Assembly (NCBI GenBank): GCA_964016885.1
Contig: OZ024740.1
Location: 180,668,001 to 180,732,000 of the forward strand
Direction: 5' to 3'
DNA from: Eledone cirrhosa
Taxonomy: Eukaryota
Length of the DNA: 64,000 bases
The notes under the pieces are model-generated. The model searched no databases, had not been told where the DNA came from, and saw only the letters and a program-made list of their open reading frames with translations. Shown piece after piece: positions 26,725-39,279 of the stretch; position 1 is the first letter of the stretch; every line of letters starts with the position of its first letter. Position numbers and translations under genes: made by a program.

Positions 26725-26805
26725 ACTCCAAATAATTAGTTTCTGTAAGGGGATAAATATAGTTACATAATATAACTATAGAGAATTCCTTACGTCATCG
26801 AGAGT
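26725..26805 (-). ncRNA. Hammerhead (530-bp family), mutated copy
   Basis: Homologous to 27253-27334, but the core reads TCGATGA and stem III has a mismatch. Confidence 0.55.
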
Positions 26806-27252
26806 CTATTCTCAGCTAAGTTCTTAGGCGATGCGCGGACCCATATAAAAATAATAATAATTCAGTGGATGAAATAAAGCTAGCGAGGACTAAATTCCGG
26901 ACCACTGAAAAAATTCACTGCCTCTGGTCAGTGGCAGATTCTAAAGAATCAATCACGTGACACTGAGGTTAATCAGTTAGGAGCGAGGTGGTATTATGAC
27001 AAGAGCCTATAACTACCATGAATCAGCAGTAAATTTTGGCAAGTTTTGCTCAACAAATAATTTGGAGATAAATATAGAGAATTAGTACATTTACCAACAT
27101 ATGTGTACAGATGTTCACCTATGCTAGCAAATATATATGTTATGTCTTAGTACCTTTGTGGCTCTATGCAGTGGGATGCAGAACAATTATATGAAAGACG
27201 TAAAATAAGAAAATTTTAAAAATTAAAAATCAACTTACTTACTAAAATTTTC

Positions 27253-27334
27253 ACTCCAACTAATTAGTTTCTGTAAGGGGATAAATATAGTTACATAATA
27301 TAACTATAGAGAATTCCTTACGTCATCAGGCAGT
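27253..27334 (-). ncRNA. Hammerhead (530-bp family)
   Basis: Minus strand ACTgC-CTGATGA-cGTAAGG...CCTTACa-GAAA-CTAATTAG-TT-GGAGT. Stem III is the palindrome ACTAATTAGT. Confidence 0.8.
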
Positions 27335-27957
27335 TTATTCTCAGCTAAGTTCTCAGGCGATGCGCGGACACTAGGAACCCATATAAAAATAATAATAATT
27401 CAGTGGATGGAATAAAGCTAGCGAGGACTAAATTCCGGAGCACTGAAAAAATTCACTGCCTCTGGTCAGTGGCAGATTCTAAAGAATCAATCACGTTACA
27501 CTGAGGTTATCAGTTAGGAGCGGGGTGGTATTATGACAAGAGCCTATAACTACCATGAATCAGCAGTAAATTTTGGCAAGTTTGGCTCAACAAATAATTT
27601 GGAGATAAATATAGAGAATTAGTACATTTACCAACATATGTGTACAGATGTTCACCTATGCTAGCAAATATATATGTTATGTCTTAGTACCTTTGTGGTT
27701 CTATGCAGGGGGATGCAGAACAATTATATGAAAGACGTAAAATAAGAAAATTTTAAAAATTAAAAATAAAATTACTTACTAAAATTTTCACTCCAACTAA
27801 TTAGTTTCTGTAAGGGGATAAATATAGTTAGATAATATAACTATAGAGAATTCCTTACGTTGGAGTGAACATTTTAGTAAGTAAGTTGATTTTTAATTTT
27901 TAAAATGTTCTTATTTTACGTCTTTCATATATATATATACATACAAATATATATACA

Positions 27958-28046
<89 letters not shown>

Positions 28047-28176
28047 CAGATTAAAGTTTGAGCAAAGAATTGCTGCTTTCATTCTTAACGGGTCTTTCTG
28101 AAAATCTATGGTTTTATATATATTATCCTTATCGAGCCCTCTTGGGATCTTAGTCTTCACATTTATTAGTATAGTG

Positions 28177-28371
28177 GGCGGTGTATTGGCAGAATCGGTA
28201 GAGTGTAGGACGCCATGCTTTGCAGCAAAGAGCTTTTGCACTTTATGGTCTGAGTTCAAATCCCGCCGAGGTTAACTTTGCTTACATCCTTACGGGGTCG
28301 ATAAAATGAAGTACCAGTAATACACTGAGATTATTGTTGGCCTTGTGCCAAAGTTAGAAACAATTATTATT
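28177..28371 (+). mobile_element. tRNA-derived SINE (octopus-type, Meta/MESC-like core)
   Basis: A-box-like TGGCAGAATCGG, B-box GAGTTCAAATCC, core CATCCTTACGGGGTCGATAAAATGAAGTACCAG and an (ATT)n tail. Several copies in the window. Confidence 0.85.
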
Positions 28372-28373
28372 GC

Positions 28374-28439
<66 letters not shown>

Positions 28440-28527
28440 TATACTCATATATATATATATATACACACACACATATATATATAAAATATGTGTGTGTGTA
28501 TGTATATATATATATATATATATACGA

Positions 28528-28616
<89 letters not shown>

Positions 28617-28617
28617 A

Positions 28618-28657
<40 letters not shown>

Positions 28658-28661
<4 letters not shown>

Positions 28662-28771
28662 TAGCCTGATAGTGGGATTAAGAACCCTCGGAGAAATGGA
28701 AATACATGTACGTCAATACTCATCTGTTTCCATTTCTCCGAGGGTTCTTAACCCCACTGTCAGGCTAAATA
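28658..28771. repeat. ~114 bp hairpin abutting (TA)n
   Basis: TATTTAGCCTGATAGTGGGATTAAGAACCCTCGGAGAAATGGAAA is inverted at 28723-28771. Confidence 0.85.
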
Positions 28772-28898
28772 GTTTCTTTAATTTCTTTAGTCAAAATACA
28801 GAGATAACTTACATTTCTAATAATTTCAAACCCACTCGCTGTTTCGAAAATATTCTTACCCATATGTGTATATATATATATATATGTATATATATATA

Positions 28899-29062
<164 letters not shown>

Positions 29063-29278
29063 CATATATATATATATATAGAGAGAGATATATATATATA
29101 TATATATATAGATAGGTAAATATACACGGGTCTGTATGATTGTGTATAGAAGATTATATTAATAAGAGGAATTCCAACTTTGTCTGATTTACTCGTTTTA
29201 TTTACAATCCTTTAAAATATATATAATATGGTATTATAATGAAATAATATGATAGAATATTAAATTCTAAGTGGTAAT

Positions 29279-29317
29279 TGAACAAGTACTTTCATGCTTT
29301 CGCAATCTTCAGGTTCA
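29279..29317 (-). ncRNA. Minimal PLE hammerhead
   Basis: Reverse complement of 31549-31587. Confidence 0.85.
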
Positions 29318-29623
29318 TGATATGTGGTGACAGTCGAGTTTGCAATTTTCAACTGTAATGAGATGGGTAAATTTACTACCTTTTATACATTTTATACAGA
29401 GAAAAGTGGCTCCAGAATGCAAAGCCCTGTAAACTGTATTTCGACCAATCAGTGTGTAGTTTCACTGAATTACTACAGCTGATTGGTTTAAGCGTCACGG
29501 CTTGTTGAGCATGCTAACGACCAATAGTCATACCCAACGTATAAATTGTTTTGCTTTTTGAAATGATGAAAATATCATTTTCTATTAATCATCACCATCA
29601 ACATCACTTTTATTATTATTATT

Positions 29624-29656
<33 letters not shown>

Positions 29657-29703
29657 AGTGGTCGTGGTCATAGTGGTAGCAGAAGTAATACCCCTAGGCG
29701 TTA

Positions 29704-30505
29704 TTATTGTTCATTTAGCTTGGGTTTGAATTTATCAATAAAATTATTTTCTTTGATTTTTCTCTTGATTTCACTTGGGCTGTGTAATTTGTAGAATGGG
29801 AATATTATAAATATTCCCTGACCACATGTTGCCAGGTGGCCGCTTAGGGGTATCTGACGGACATTTGGGTCTCTGATTTGTTGACGGTGTACCCGTGCAC
29901 GTTCCGGTAGTGCATTTCCAGTTTGACCGACATATAGTTCTTCACAATTCGGGCATTTAATGCAGTAAATTAGATTTCTGCTTTTGCAGTTCATATTTGC
30001 ATTTGGGAATATTTTTCCAGTTTTTGTTTTCATATATTGACCGGCGTGTATGGATTGACATGTGCCGCATCGATTATCATTGCATTTAGATACAGTGAAT
30101 GATTGGTCTTTGTTGTTAAGGTCAAACTTTGCTTTGGTTAGCAATTGCTTCAAATTTTTTGGCTGTCTTTTACTAAGAGTCAAAGATCGATCTGTGATTA
30201 AGCCTTTGAATTCATTACTTTGAGCAATGATCGGTAGGTTTGCTTTGGCAGTGTTGAATATATTCTGGTGACATGGGTTGTGTGTCATTATAAATGGTAT
30301 GACCAGTTCTTGGTTTCTTCTTCCTTGGGTTGTTCTAAGTTGTTGTATAGGTATTTTTATAGCCCGCTGTATGCCATTTTCTATAAGTAGAGATGGGTAT
30401 TTTTGTTTGAGCAAAATTTCTCTTAGTTCTGTTAGGCGTTTGTACCTGGTATTTGTATCTTCTACAATGGTACAAATTCTTCTGGCTAGGCAGTATGGGA
30501 TGTTA
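29704..30505 (-). pseudogene. PLE C-terminus: thumb, Cys linker and GIY-YIG endonuclease (5' truncated)
   Basis: KRQPKNLKQLL, CNDNRCGTC, NLIYCIKCPNCEELYVGQT...RARVHR and final E...FI...P.LN. Confidence 0.88.
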
Positions 30506-30517
30506 TAAAAATATGGC

Positions 30518-31168
30518 TATAAAAATACCTATACAACAACTTAGAACAACCCAAGGAAGAAGAAACCAAGAACTGGTCATACCATTTATAATGACACACA
30601 ACCCATGTCACCAGAATATATTCAACACTGCCAAAGCAAACCTACCGATCATTGCTCAAAGTAATTAATTAAAAGGCTTAATCACAGATTGATCTTTGAC
30701 TCTTAGTAAAAGACAGCCAAAAAATTTGAAGCAATTGCTAACAAAAGCAAAGTTTGACCTTAACAACAAAGACCAATCATTCACTGTATCTAAATGCAAT
30801 GATAATCGACGCGGCACATGTCAATCCATACACGCCGGTCAATATATGAAAACAAAAACTGGAAAAATATTCCCAAATGCAAATATGAACTGCAAAAGCA
30901 GAAATCTAATTTACTGCATTAAATGCCCGAATTGTGAAGAACTATATGTCGGTCAAACTGGAAATGCACTATCGGAACGTGCACGGGTCAACAAATCAGA
31001 GACCCAAATGTCCGTCAGATACCCCTAAGCGGCCACCTGGCAACATGTGGTCAGGGAATATTTATAATATTCCCATTCTACAAATTACACAGCCCAAGTG
31101 AAATCAAGAGAAAAATCAAAGAAAATAATTTTATTGATAAATTCAAACCCAAGCTAAATGAACAATAA
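30518..31168 (+). pseudogene. Inverted, stop/frameshift-bearing copy of the same GIY-YIG segment
   Basis: ORFs 30453-30668 and 30696-31028 translate almost identically to 29704-30414. Confidence 0.88.
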
Positions 31169-31548
31169 TAACGCCTAGGGGTGTTACTTCTACTACCACT
31201 ATGACCACGACCACTAACAACAACAACAACAACAACAACAATAATAATAATAATAAAAATGATGTTGATGGTGATGATTAATAGAAAATGCTATTTTCAT
31301 CATTTCAAAAAGCAAAACAATTGATACGTTGGGTATGACTATTGGTCGTTAGCATGCTCAACCAGCCGTGACGCTTAAACCAATCAGCTGTAGTAATTCA
31401 GTGAAACTACACACTGATTGGTCGAAATACAGTTTACAGGGCTTTGAATTCTGGAGCCACTTTTCTCTGTATAAAATGTATAAAAGGTAGTAAATTTACC
31501 CATCTCATTACAGTTGAAAATTGCAAACTCGACTGTCACCACATATCA

Positions 31549-31587
31549 TGAACCTGAAGATTGCGAAAGCATGAAAGTACTTGTTCA
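31549..31587 (+). ncRNA. Minimal PLE hammerhead (39 nt)
   Basis: TGAAC-CTGAAGA-tTGC gaaa GCAt-GAAA-GTAC-TT-GTTCA. GNRA-capped stem II; stem III is the palindrome AGTACT. Confidence 0.85.
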
Positions 31588-31813
31588 ATTAACACTTAGA
31601 ATTTAATATTCTATCATACTATTTCATTATAATACCATATTATATATATTTTAAAGGATTGTAAATAATACGAGTAAATCAGACAAAGTTGGAATTCCTC
31701 TTATTAATATATATATATATATATATATATACATAAATATATAAACAAGGTATAGCAAATAAGGAAAAGGTTTCAAAATAAATTTTTAAAAATTAACATT
31801 ACTTACTATAGTT

Positions 31814-31897
31814 ACCTTTACCGAATCGGTTTCGAATCTCAAAAATAAACGGAGTCCATACGGCCTTCGTTGCAAAGAAAGATTCTCGTCAGAAGGT
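31814..31897 (-). ncRNA. Intact type I hammerhead (485-bp family)
   Basis: Minus strand ACCTT-CTGACGA-GAATC...GATTC-GAAA-CCGA t TCGG-TA-AAGGT. Confidence 0.9.
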
Positions 31898-32298
31898 TCT
31901 TTACATTCGAAGAATATAAAATTCTCGAACTTAAATTACAAACTGGCGCTATTCAAAATTGTTCCCGAGAGGAGAGTAAATGAAGTGGAATCAATTTTTT
32001 CAAGGGCCGAGTGCAAAGATAGAAGCAGAGGCAGGCAAGTCAGTCTGCTACCGCTATAACTAGCAGCAGTCAGAACGACCAACTTTTTTTCTCAACATAG
32101 AGGAGGTAAATAATAATAGAATATGTCTTCTTACACGCACAATGCGCTAAGGGACACATGTATTGTCCAACCAAATGCCAATGTGGTTCAATGGCAGGTT
32201 AATAAATTAACGAGCCAGAACATATATAAACAAGGTTTAGCAAATAAGGAAAAAGTTTCAAAATAAATTTAAAAAAATTAACATTACCTACTATAGTT

Positions 32299-32382
32299 AC
32301 CTTTACCGAATCGGTTTCGAATCTCAAAAATAAACGGAGTCCACACGGCCTTCGTTGCAAAGAACGATTCTCGTCAGAAGGT
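32299..32382 (-). ncRNA. Intact type I hammerhead (485-bp family, copy 2)
   Basis: Same core and stems as 31814-31897. Differences fall only in the stem II loop. Confidence 0.9.
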
Positions 32383-32448
32383 TCTTTGCATTCAAAATGT
32401 GTGTGTGTGTGTATGTATATATATATATATATGTGTGTGTATATACAT

Positions 32449-32524
<76 letters not shown>

Positions 32525-32880
32525 TCGTATATATATACACATACATACACAAACACAACATATATATACGAGTATATATATATATATATATATTTATTAA
32601 AACAACAGATTAAATTTAAGCAAAGAATCACTGCTTTCACCCTTAACGGGATCTTCTGAAACTAACAAAGTCAGTCTGTAAACGCAGAACTGGATGTTTC
32701 AAAAAACGTTGCAACCGGAGGAAGACAGGAAGACGATACTTTGGTTCGTGGAAACGTTCGCTGGCTAAAAACGGAATAAAACGAAAATAATACGTCATTA
32801 ATAGGAGCGGTGAAAAACAATTACACGCAAAGACAGAACCACGTTTATGGTATAAAAGTGGTCGTAGTATATATATATAT

Positions 32881-33812
32881 ACTACCATTAAAGCCCGGCG
32901 TTGCTCGGGGTCACTAAGTTACCAAAGTTAGGTTGCACCACCCATTTTATGGCAGCACTTTTTTGTCTGCAGGCACTGGGTGAATGAATTGCAGACCAGG
33001 ACTGCCGAAGCAGGAGCTGCGTCAGCGGTAACAATTGTAGTTTCGCCTATGGATATTATCTCTGTGCATAGAAGTGTTGAAATTTATTGTTTCACAGTAC
33101 TTGCGCAACACGCGCGTAGACGATGCCAGCCGAACAACAGAGCTGCTATGGCGTTTTTCTGCATGGTTGTCTAATGTGTGTTTTCTAAATTTAAGACAGT
33201 AGGGAGTGGTATGATATGTGGGAGAGTTAGCTGCTGATTCTAGCAGGTTTAGTGACCTCATAGTGGATATTATTGTGTATAATAAATGAACTGATATTTA
33301 TTTCTTCCACGTTCGTTGATAGATGTTTTAAAAAAGATTTATCGCCATTTTTTTGTTGAATAAATTTAACTGTTGCTTTTGAATAATTGTTGTTTCGTAT
33401 GAAACGTAATAGGTTCTCTTTGTCATTGAAGTAAATGAATGTTTGACCGTTCCACACTCAAAAACAAACTTCCCTCTCTCTATATCCCTCTCACTCTCTC
33501 TCTCTCTCTCTCTTAAAGTTTGTAAGTTTAATTGTATATCAGAGAAAGTTGCAGCATGAATGCAGTTTTATTAAATTTTAAGAGGAGTAGAGAGATGTAA
33601 ACTCATTATATTAGAGGGGTAAAGCGTCATGTATTTAGTTTTATCACTTATTTCCGTAATTGTGGGTGGGTTTGAATGAAATTAATAGCCATTTACCTAA
33701 ATTAGACCATTTACAACATTCATACAGACATTGAGTCGAATCGGTTTGAAATTGTGCAAATGTATAAACATGGAACATGCACACACACAACAACAACAAT
33801 CTGCCTTTTATA
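32881..33812. mobile_element. Non-autonomous Helitron-like element
   Basis: Starts ACTAC...CCCGGC gtt GCTCGGG hairpin. Ends AATCGGTT...(CA)n...CTTTTATAGATA. Confidence 0.45.
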
Positions 33813-33814
33813 GA

Positions 33815-33945
33815 TAATTGTTTCTACTTTTGGCACAAGGCCATCAATTATCCCAGTGTTTTACTGGTACTTTATTTTATCGACCCCGTAAGGTTGAAAG
33901 TTAACCTCAGCGGGATTTGAACTCAGTCCGTAAAGGGACGTAACT
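33815..33945 (-). mobile_element. SINE, partial tandem duplicate
   Basis: Reverse complement of the 28177 family. CTGCCTTTTATAGATAATTGTTTCTAC is duplicated at ~33801 and ~33944. Confidence 0.8.
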
Positions 33946-33956
33946 GCCTTTTATAG

Positions 33957-34118
33957 ATAATTGTTTCTACTTTAGGCACAAGGCCAGAAATTACCCAGTG
34001 CATTACTGGTACTTTATTTTATCGACCCCGTAAGGATGAAAGGCAAAGTAAACATCGGCGGGATTTGAACTCAGACCGTAAAGGGACGTAACTATGCTGG
34101 AAAGCATGGCGTCCGACC
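33957..34118 (-). mobile_element. SINE (28177 family)
   Basis: Contains TTTTATCGACCCCGTAAGGATGAAAGG and GGATTTGAACTC. Confidence 0.82.
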
Positions 34119-34149
34119 TAAGATATATACATTGCATGCAGCGACTGAA

Positions 34150-34345
34150 AGTACCAGACTGCCTTCTGGACAGGATGCTTATCGATCGTAGTATTTAACC
34201 CACAACTATTGCTTGTATGCACTTCAGCTGAGTATAATTGAGCAATGCAAAATTAGGTATTTTGCTCAACAGGGAAACACACAATCCACTCCACGAATCG
34301 AATCCATGACATTTTGAACATGAGTCGAACCGCTAGGTCACGCTT
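34150..34345 (-). mobile_element. Second, older tRNA-derived SINE family
   Basis: TTGCTCAA...ACAC...GAATCGAATCC...ACCGCTAGGTCACGC is the reverse complement of a tRNA head with a GGATTCGATTC B box. Confidence 0.5.
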
Positions 34346-34374
34346 TTCCACAAAGAAGGTTAATTGAGCATGTG

Positions 34375-34830
34375 GAATAAATACTGTTTTCTTCTTCTGC
34401 ACCCTATTATTCCTGAGAGGGTCGTGTGGGTAGAGTCCTCAAACAGCCATTTTTGCTGTACCTGTCAGAAGCCACCGTCTAACACTTATCAGACTAGATC
34501 AACAAGCGAGGTGAGGCAAGCTCATGGATTTTATCCAACCATCTTGCTCCGGACCTGCCCCTGGGTCTATTGTCGGTTTGGCCTGTAAAATGTTTCCAGC
34601 GATTCTTTGCTGAGACATTCTAACTACATTACCATTATATTGGAGATGTGATCTCTCATATCGGAGAAGTAGCGGCTCCACCTAGAATGATTCAGATCTC
34701 CAAGCTACGCATTCTATCGATTTACGTTACTTCAAAGATCCATCATAGGAACCTCATTTCAGTCGCTTGTATTTGTAATCATACACTTTCGGTCATCAGT
34801 AAAGGTTCATGAACGTAGATAGTTTTTGGA
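34375..34830 (-). mobile_element. Decayed RTE-clade LINE 3' fragment
   Basis: Minus-strand translation YVHEPLLMTESV*LQIQATEMRFL...VEPLLLRYERSHLQYNGNVVRM matches the post-RT motifs of RTE elements. Confidence 0.75.
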
Positions 34831-35589
34831 CACCAGTCTCTGTTGATATATTTTAATTAGATATTTTGGACCGAGAATATGGAAAAAGATTTGTAATCGG
34901 GGAGCAAACAAATACAATTAAAATTTAAGAAAAATAAATACAAATGATATAAAAAATGAGAAAAATAATTATAAATTATATTGTTATGAGTACATTATAG
35001 ATAGTAAAAGTTAGTAATTGAAAAGAAAATACTTGAAATAAAGGTAAACATCAATAGATAACAATGTTGATGGTTTCTTAGACCACCTTGTTTCTGTCAT
35101 TCATCGGGTTAATTTTTATTGCATTTTCATATTGTACGATGTCGCACTCTTATCCATCCGTGCTCAATGTGTGGTTAAACGCCCACCTCACATGTATACT
35201 CAAATATACATACACAGAGACTTAAACACATATATATACATATATATCCATAGACACACAGATATATAGAAAAAGATAGAAATAGTTAGATAGATAGATA
35301 TATATATTGATAGATAAATAGATAGATAGATAAATAAATAGATGGATAGATAAACAGATAGATAGATAGATAGAACGTTTTCTATCGATTGCCACTAGGG
35401 TGCAAAAGACGGGGACAAATACAAGGGGGTAGTTTACACAAAAAGGCGAGTAAAGGAAACAAATAACAAATATTAAATTAACAATAAAGTCCTCAATAGG
35501 GAGGGGGCGTTTGTGGATCGCACACACCCCCTAAAAAAGTGTGCAACCCCTTCTCCTCAGGAGCACAGAGAGAGGGTGCTCCCTCGTTC

Positions 35590-38500
35590 CTTACTCTTTT
35601 TCCACCTACAGGCTGATGTAGAGAGAAGGCTCATTTACACGGGCCATTCTCGCCACTTTCACCCACCTTTCATAAAAACAACTGGGGTTGAGCATCTCTC
35701 TCTCCATCCTGATCCTTCTTCCGAAATGATATCGGAAGAAACGGATCATTTGTTGGCCAGAGAGAAAGGTGCTTGACCTGAGTCCTTTCAGACGCGTCCA
35801 CTATACAACCTCTTTCACCATGGCTATTACGCACAGAAACACCGCCTCTCCTTCATTTTTTAAGTGGGGTGGCTACTTAATCGTTACAATGGCCTCGGTT
35901 GTCAACCGGATCGGTCCCACCCGTGATAGCAGGCGTTCGACATAGCCCCACAGATCGGCTACGCTCGAGCAGTGTACCAATGCCTTTGCAACGGTTTCCT
36001 CGTTGCACACGCATCTGCGACAGATCTTTTTGGCGGGGTCCCTACCCGGGCGCCCGTGTCTGTAGAGCTTTTCTTGAACGGCTAGAGCCCCTCGGTAGCA
36101 CTGCCAGGCCAGGGACTTCTGGAAGTTGTCCAAAGGCCCCGGGCTGAATGTCTTACCGAACAGGCTGGCCAGTTCGTCTGCCTCCATGTCTAGGGCTACT
36201 CCGAGGGCGTCGTCGCACCTGCTGCGAACCAGCCTTCTATAGAATGTCGCGGTGGAGTCTCCACTTATAACCGGGTCCGCCTGCCAGAGGGCCGTGAGCG
36301 CCTGGGCACACTCAGTGTGCCAGGCGCCCAGTTTTCTCGGTCTTTGCTTGACCCAGGATTGCAGCTCGGTGAGAGAGACGAGTCTGGGAAAGCTTCGTCT
36401 CACAAACGGGGCCCACACCGGTTGACCGGTGAGGAATACGTGGAGGTGCCGTAGCCTTAATGCGTGTTTACGCATTATTAGCCCCGGCATCCCCAGCCCT
36501 CCTTTCGAAGGGTGTTGACAGCAGATGGATCTCCTCACCAAAGGAGCCTGCGCCTTCCAAAGGAATTGGAAGAGTGCGCGCTCCATTTTGGCGAGGGTTT
36601 CCCTTGGGCAAGGCACGACGGTCATGCGGTAGTAGATGACGGATGCTATATAAGTGACGCCAACTCTGCCCGACCTTTCAGGTATACTTTGCAACTGGCC
36701 CACTTCTGGGTCAGTGCAAACATCCTGTTCGTAACCTCAGCCCAGTTCTTCTCCACCTGGAGGTCTGGTCCGAACCAGACCCCAAGCAACTTCACCGGGC
36801 ACTCCGTCCAGCGTCCGACCACGCCATCGGAGGGCATCGGTTTTCCCCTCCACGTGCCGAGTTGCAAACCGATCGACTTGCCCCGGTTCAGCTTAGCCCC
36901 TGTGAACCTTCATACTCCTCCAGTAAGGTGCCGATCGCCCCGATTTCGGAGGCCCTCGACACCATTACTGTCACGTCATCGGCGCAGGCCGACACCGCTT
37001 TCCGCAATCCCGGTTCCAAAGGGAGGCCCTGCAACAACTCCAATTTCCGCAGTAGTGGCTCCAGAGTCAATACATACAGAAGGGAAGAGAGAGATCTGCC
37101 TTGTCGGATGGACCGCGCAATTTCGAACGGCTCCGAGAGGTAGCCGTTCACCTTCAATATAGAGCAGATGTAGCTGCTGTGCATAGCAGTGATCCAGCCC
37201 CTGAAAACAGGTCCGAACCCTGCCGCCGCTAGCACCGCATCCATGTAACCATGGTCGACCCTATCGAACGCCTTAGATTGATCCAAGTTGATCAGGGCCC
37301 CACGAAAGACGGGTTCGTTCCCAACCCTCAATATGATGTATCGCATGAGGTGGAGGTTGTCGTGGATGAACCTGGATAGGATAGCACATGTCTGCGCATT
37401 TCCCACCAGGTTGCCCACGACAAGCGCCAACCTCTTTGCTAGCACCTTGGCCAAAATCTGTAACTCTGTATTTAGCAGAGTTATGGGCCTGAAGTTACTT
37501 ATTTCGTCCCCCTTGTTCTCGTCCTTTCTCACTAGCGTGACTACGCCCTTGGTCACTGAGCAGGGAATTCTCCCGTTCTGTTGCCAGTTGCAGTAGACCG
37601 CCTCGAGGCGATCGGGGAACAAGTCCGGCATAGCTATATATAGTTCGTATGGAAGACCATCGTGACCCGGGGATTTGCGTTTGCCGCATTGGCTCAGCAT
37701 GTCCTCTATCTCAGCGGCAGAAATCGGCTCCTCGCAGGACTTCACCTCCTCGTCCGTAAGACGCGGCAGGCCGTCGAGGTATGGACCGAAGTCCACTTCC
37801 CCAACCGGCTCCCTGCCCGTTCCGAATATTCGGGCAAAGTGCCTTTGAAAGGCCTCACACATCTGCTTAGGTTCAAGGATCGCCCGTCCATCCTGGTCTC
37901 GCAAAGACCGGATGGTGGATTTAGTTCCACTCTTGGCTTCTGTCAGCGGGCCCATCTAACAGACAGCTCTGGTCCCCTCGTTCCCTAGAGCACGCATTTT
38001 ACTTTGGACAACGCAGCCTTCCTGCTTCGCGTCGAAAAACTGGCTCAAAGCCGTTCTCGACACTAGCACTCTGGCCACGTCGCCGCTTCTAATTGCCTCT
38101 TCTACTCTATCTATCAGCTCCCTTTCCTTCCTATTCCTATCCACAGCTAGAACCTTACTAAATTCTATCGACACTAATCTAATCTCTCTCTTTAGAGATA
38201 CCCACTACCTGCTGTTGACGATCGCTCCAGTCAACTGCTCCTTAACTAACGTACTAATCCGGTCCCTGTAAGCTTTACTTGCCGGTAAGGACAAGTTCAG
38301 CTTCCAGTAACCGGGACCCTGTCTATGCGTTCTATCAAGGTTGACCATGCAGGTCACCAACTTGTGGTCTGAATAGCCAACCATGAGCATTTCTTGACAA
38401 ATTAAAATGTCCCTGTCCTTATTTCTAACTAAGAACCTATCTAGCTACGATCTAGATTGACCGCTGCGAGTTGTCTAAGGCCAGGTTGGCACCGTCGGAA

Positions 38501-39026
38501 AATCTAGTCGAAATCTATCGGCCAGGTCAAATCGGCCGAGTAACCCCTTGAGGCTGTTGCACCCCTCTCTATCGGGACATGCCCTGCATAGTCCCAATGT
38601 GCATCCAGGATACCATTCCAGTCCCCCACTAGAAGCAGAAAAGACTCCAGACGTTGGAAGAAGTCGGGCCGCTCTGTCCCAAAAGAGGCATATGCGGCTA
38701 CCAGCCTAAAAGGCTCCACCTTCACCACTGCAAAGGTCCAGCACCACCAGTCGACCCCCTGGGTCCAAGTGAACTATCTGTGTGGCGAGACCCAGATGTT
38801 TTTGCAGCAGAACGACAACCCCACCCCCACCTTTGGGCTGACAGAGAGATGCGTGCATCTCAAAGTCATCAAAGGTGGGGGTTAGCTGTTGCACGCTGCT
38901 GATCCGGGCCTCGCAGATAACCATCACATTTATAGATCGTGACCTGAGGTCATTTAGAAGCATTGCTTGCCTCCAAGGTGAGCAGAGGCCACGCGCATTT
39001 AGACACCCTACTCTCATCACAGCCAT
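35590..39026 (-). pseudogene. Tx1 ORF2 (APE endonuclease + RT), multiple stops and frameshifts
   Basis: VGCLNARGL, LVGDWN, YSDH, GYWKLN, KSPGHDGLPYE, FRPITLLNTE, LDQSKAFDRVDH, IRQG, SACADD and KGGLGMP. Confidence 0.92.
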
Positions 39027-39279
39027 GTTGGTGGTAGGGAGAAAAGGCACTTACCTCTCTGCGTCACGGGTTGCGGGCCGCTCAATTTCCATGGGGGTTG
39101 GGGATGGGTTGTTGGGTGGGGTGGTGGTTTGTGGAAGTGTAGGGGCATCGGTGTGTTGTGGGGTTGTAGTGTTTGTAGTTGAGAGGGTGTCTGAGTTGGG
39201 GGTGGGGAATTGTTTTAGGAGGACGCGGTTGATTGGCTTGGTGCAGGGGGTGGGGGTGGGGGCACGTCCTCCGTGAAAT

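Larger units (their letters stand above)
26553..27930 (-). mobile_element. Retrozyme-like array: ~2.5 tandem ~530-bp monomers plus a short inverted piece
   Basis: AGAATTAGTACATTTACC starts at ~26554, ~27078 and ~27615. Inversion at ~27860. (TA)n on both flanks. Confidence 0.88.
29155..31710. mobile_element. Head-to-head pair of 5'-truncated PLE copies (Neptune-like GIY-YIG end plus pLTR)
   Basis: 29155-30360 is inverted at ~30518-31710, with the junction at ~30510. Both arms end at the same 3' point next to TA tracts. Confidence 0.92.
31735..32395 (-). mobile_element. Retrozyme-like element: 485-bp monomer bounded by two hammerheads
   Basis: 31737-31908 is repeated at 32222-32393. Non-coding, with microsatellite flanks. 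Confidence 0.88.

Noticed and set aside
28177-28270. tRNA gene
   Set aside because: A and B boxes are present, but there is no cloverleaf and it continues into a SINE core and tail.
33227-33457. 76-aa ORF inside the Helitron-like element as a captured gene
   Set aside because: Short, no identifiable domain, and cannot be supported without a search.
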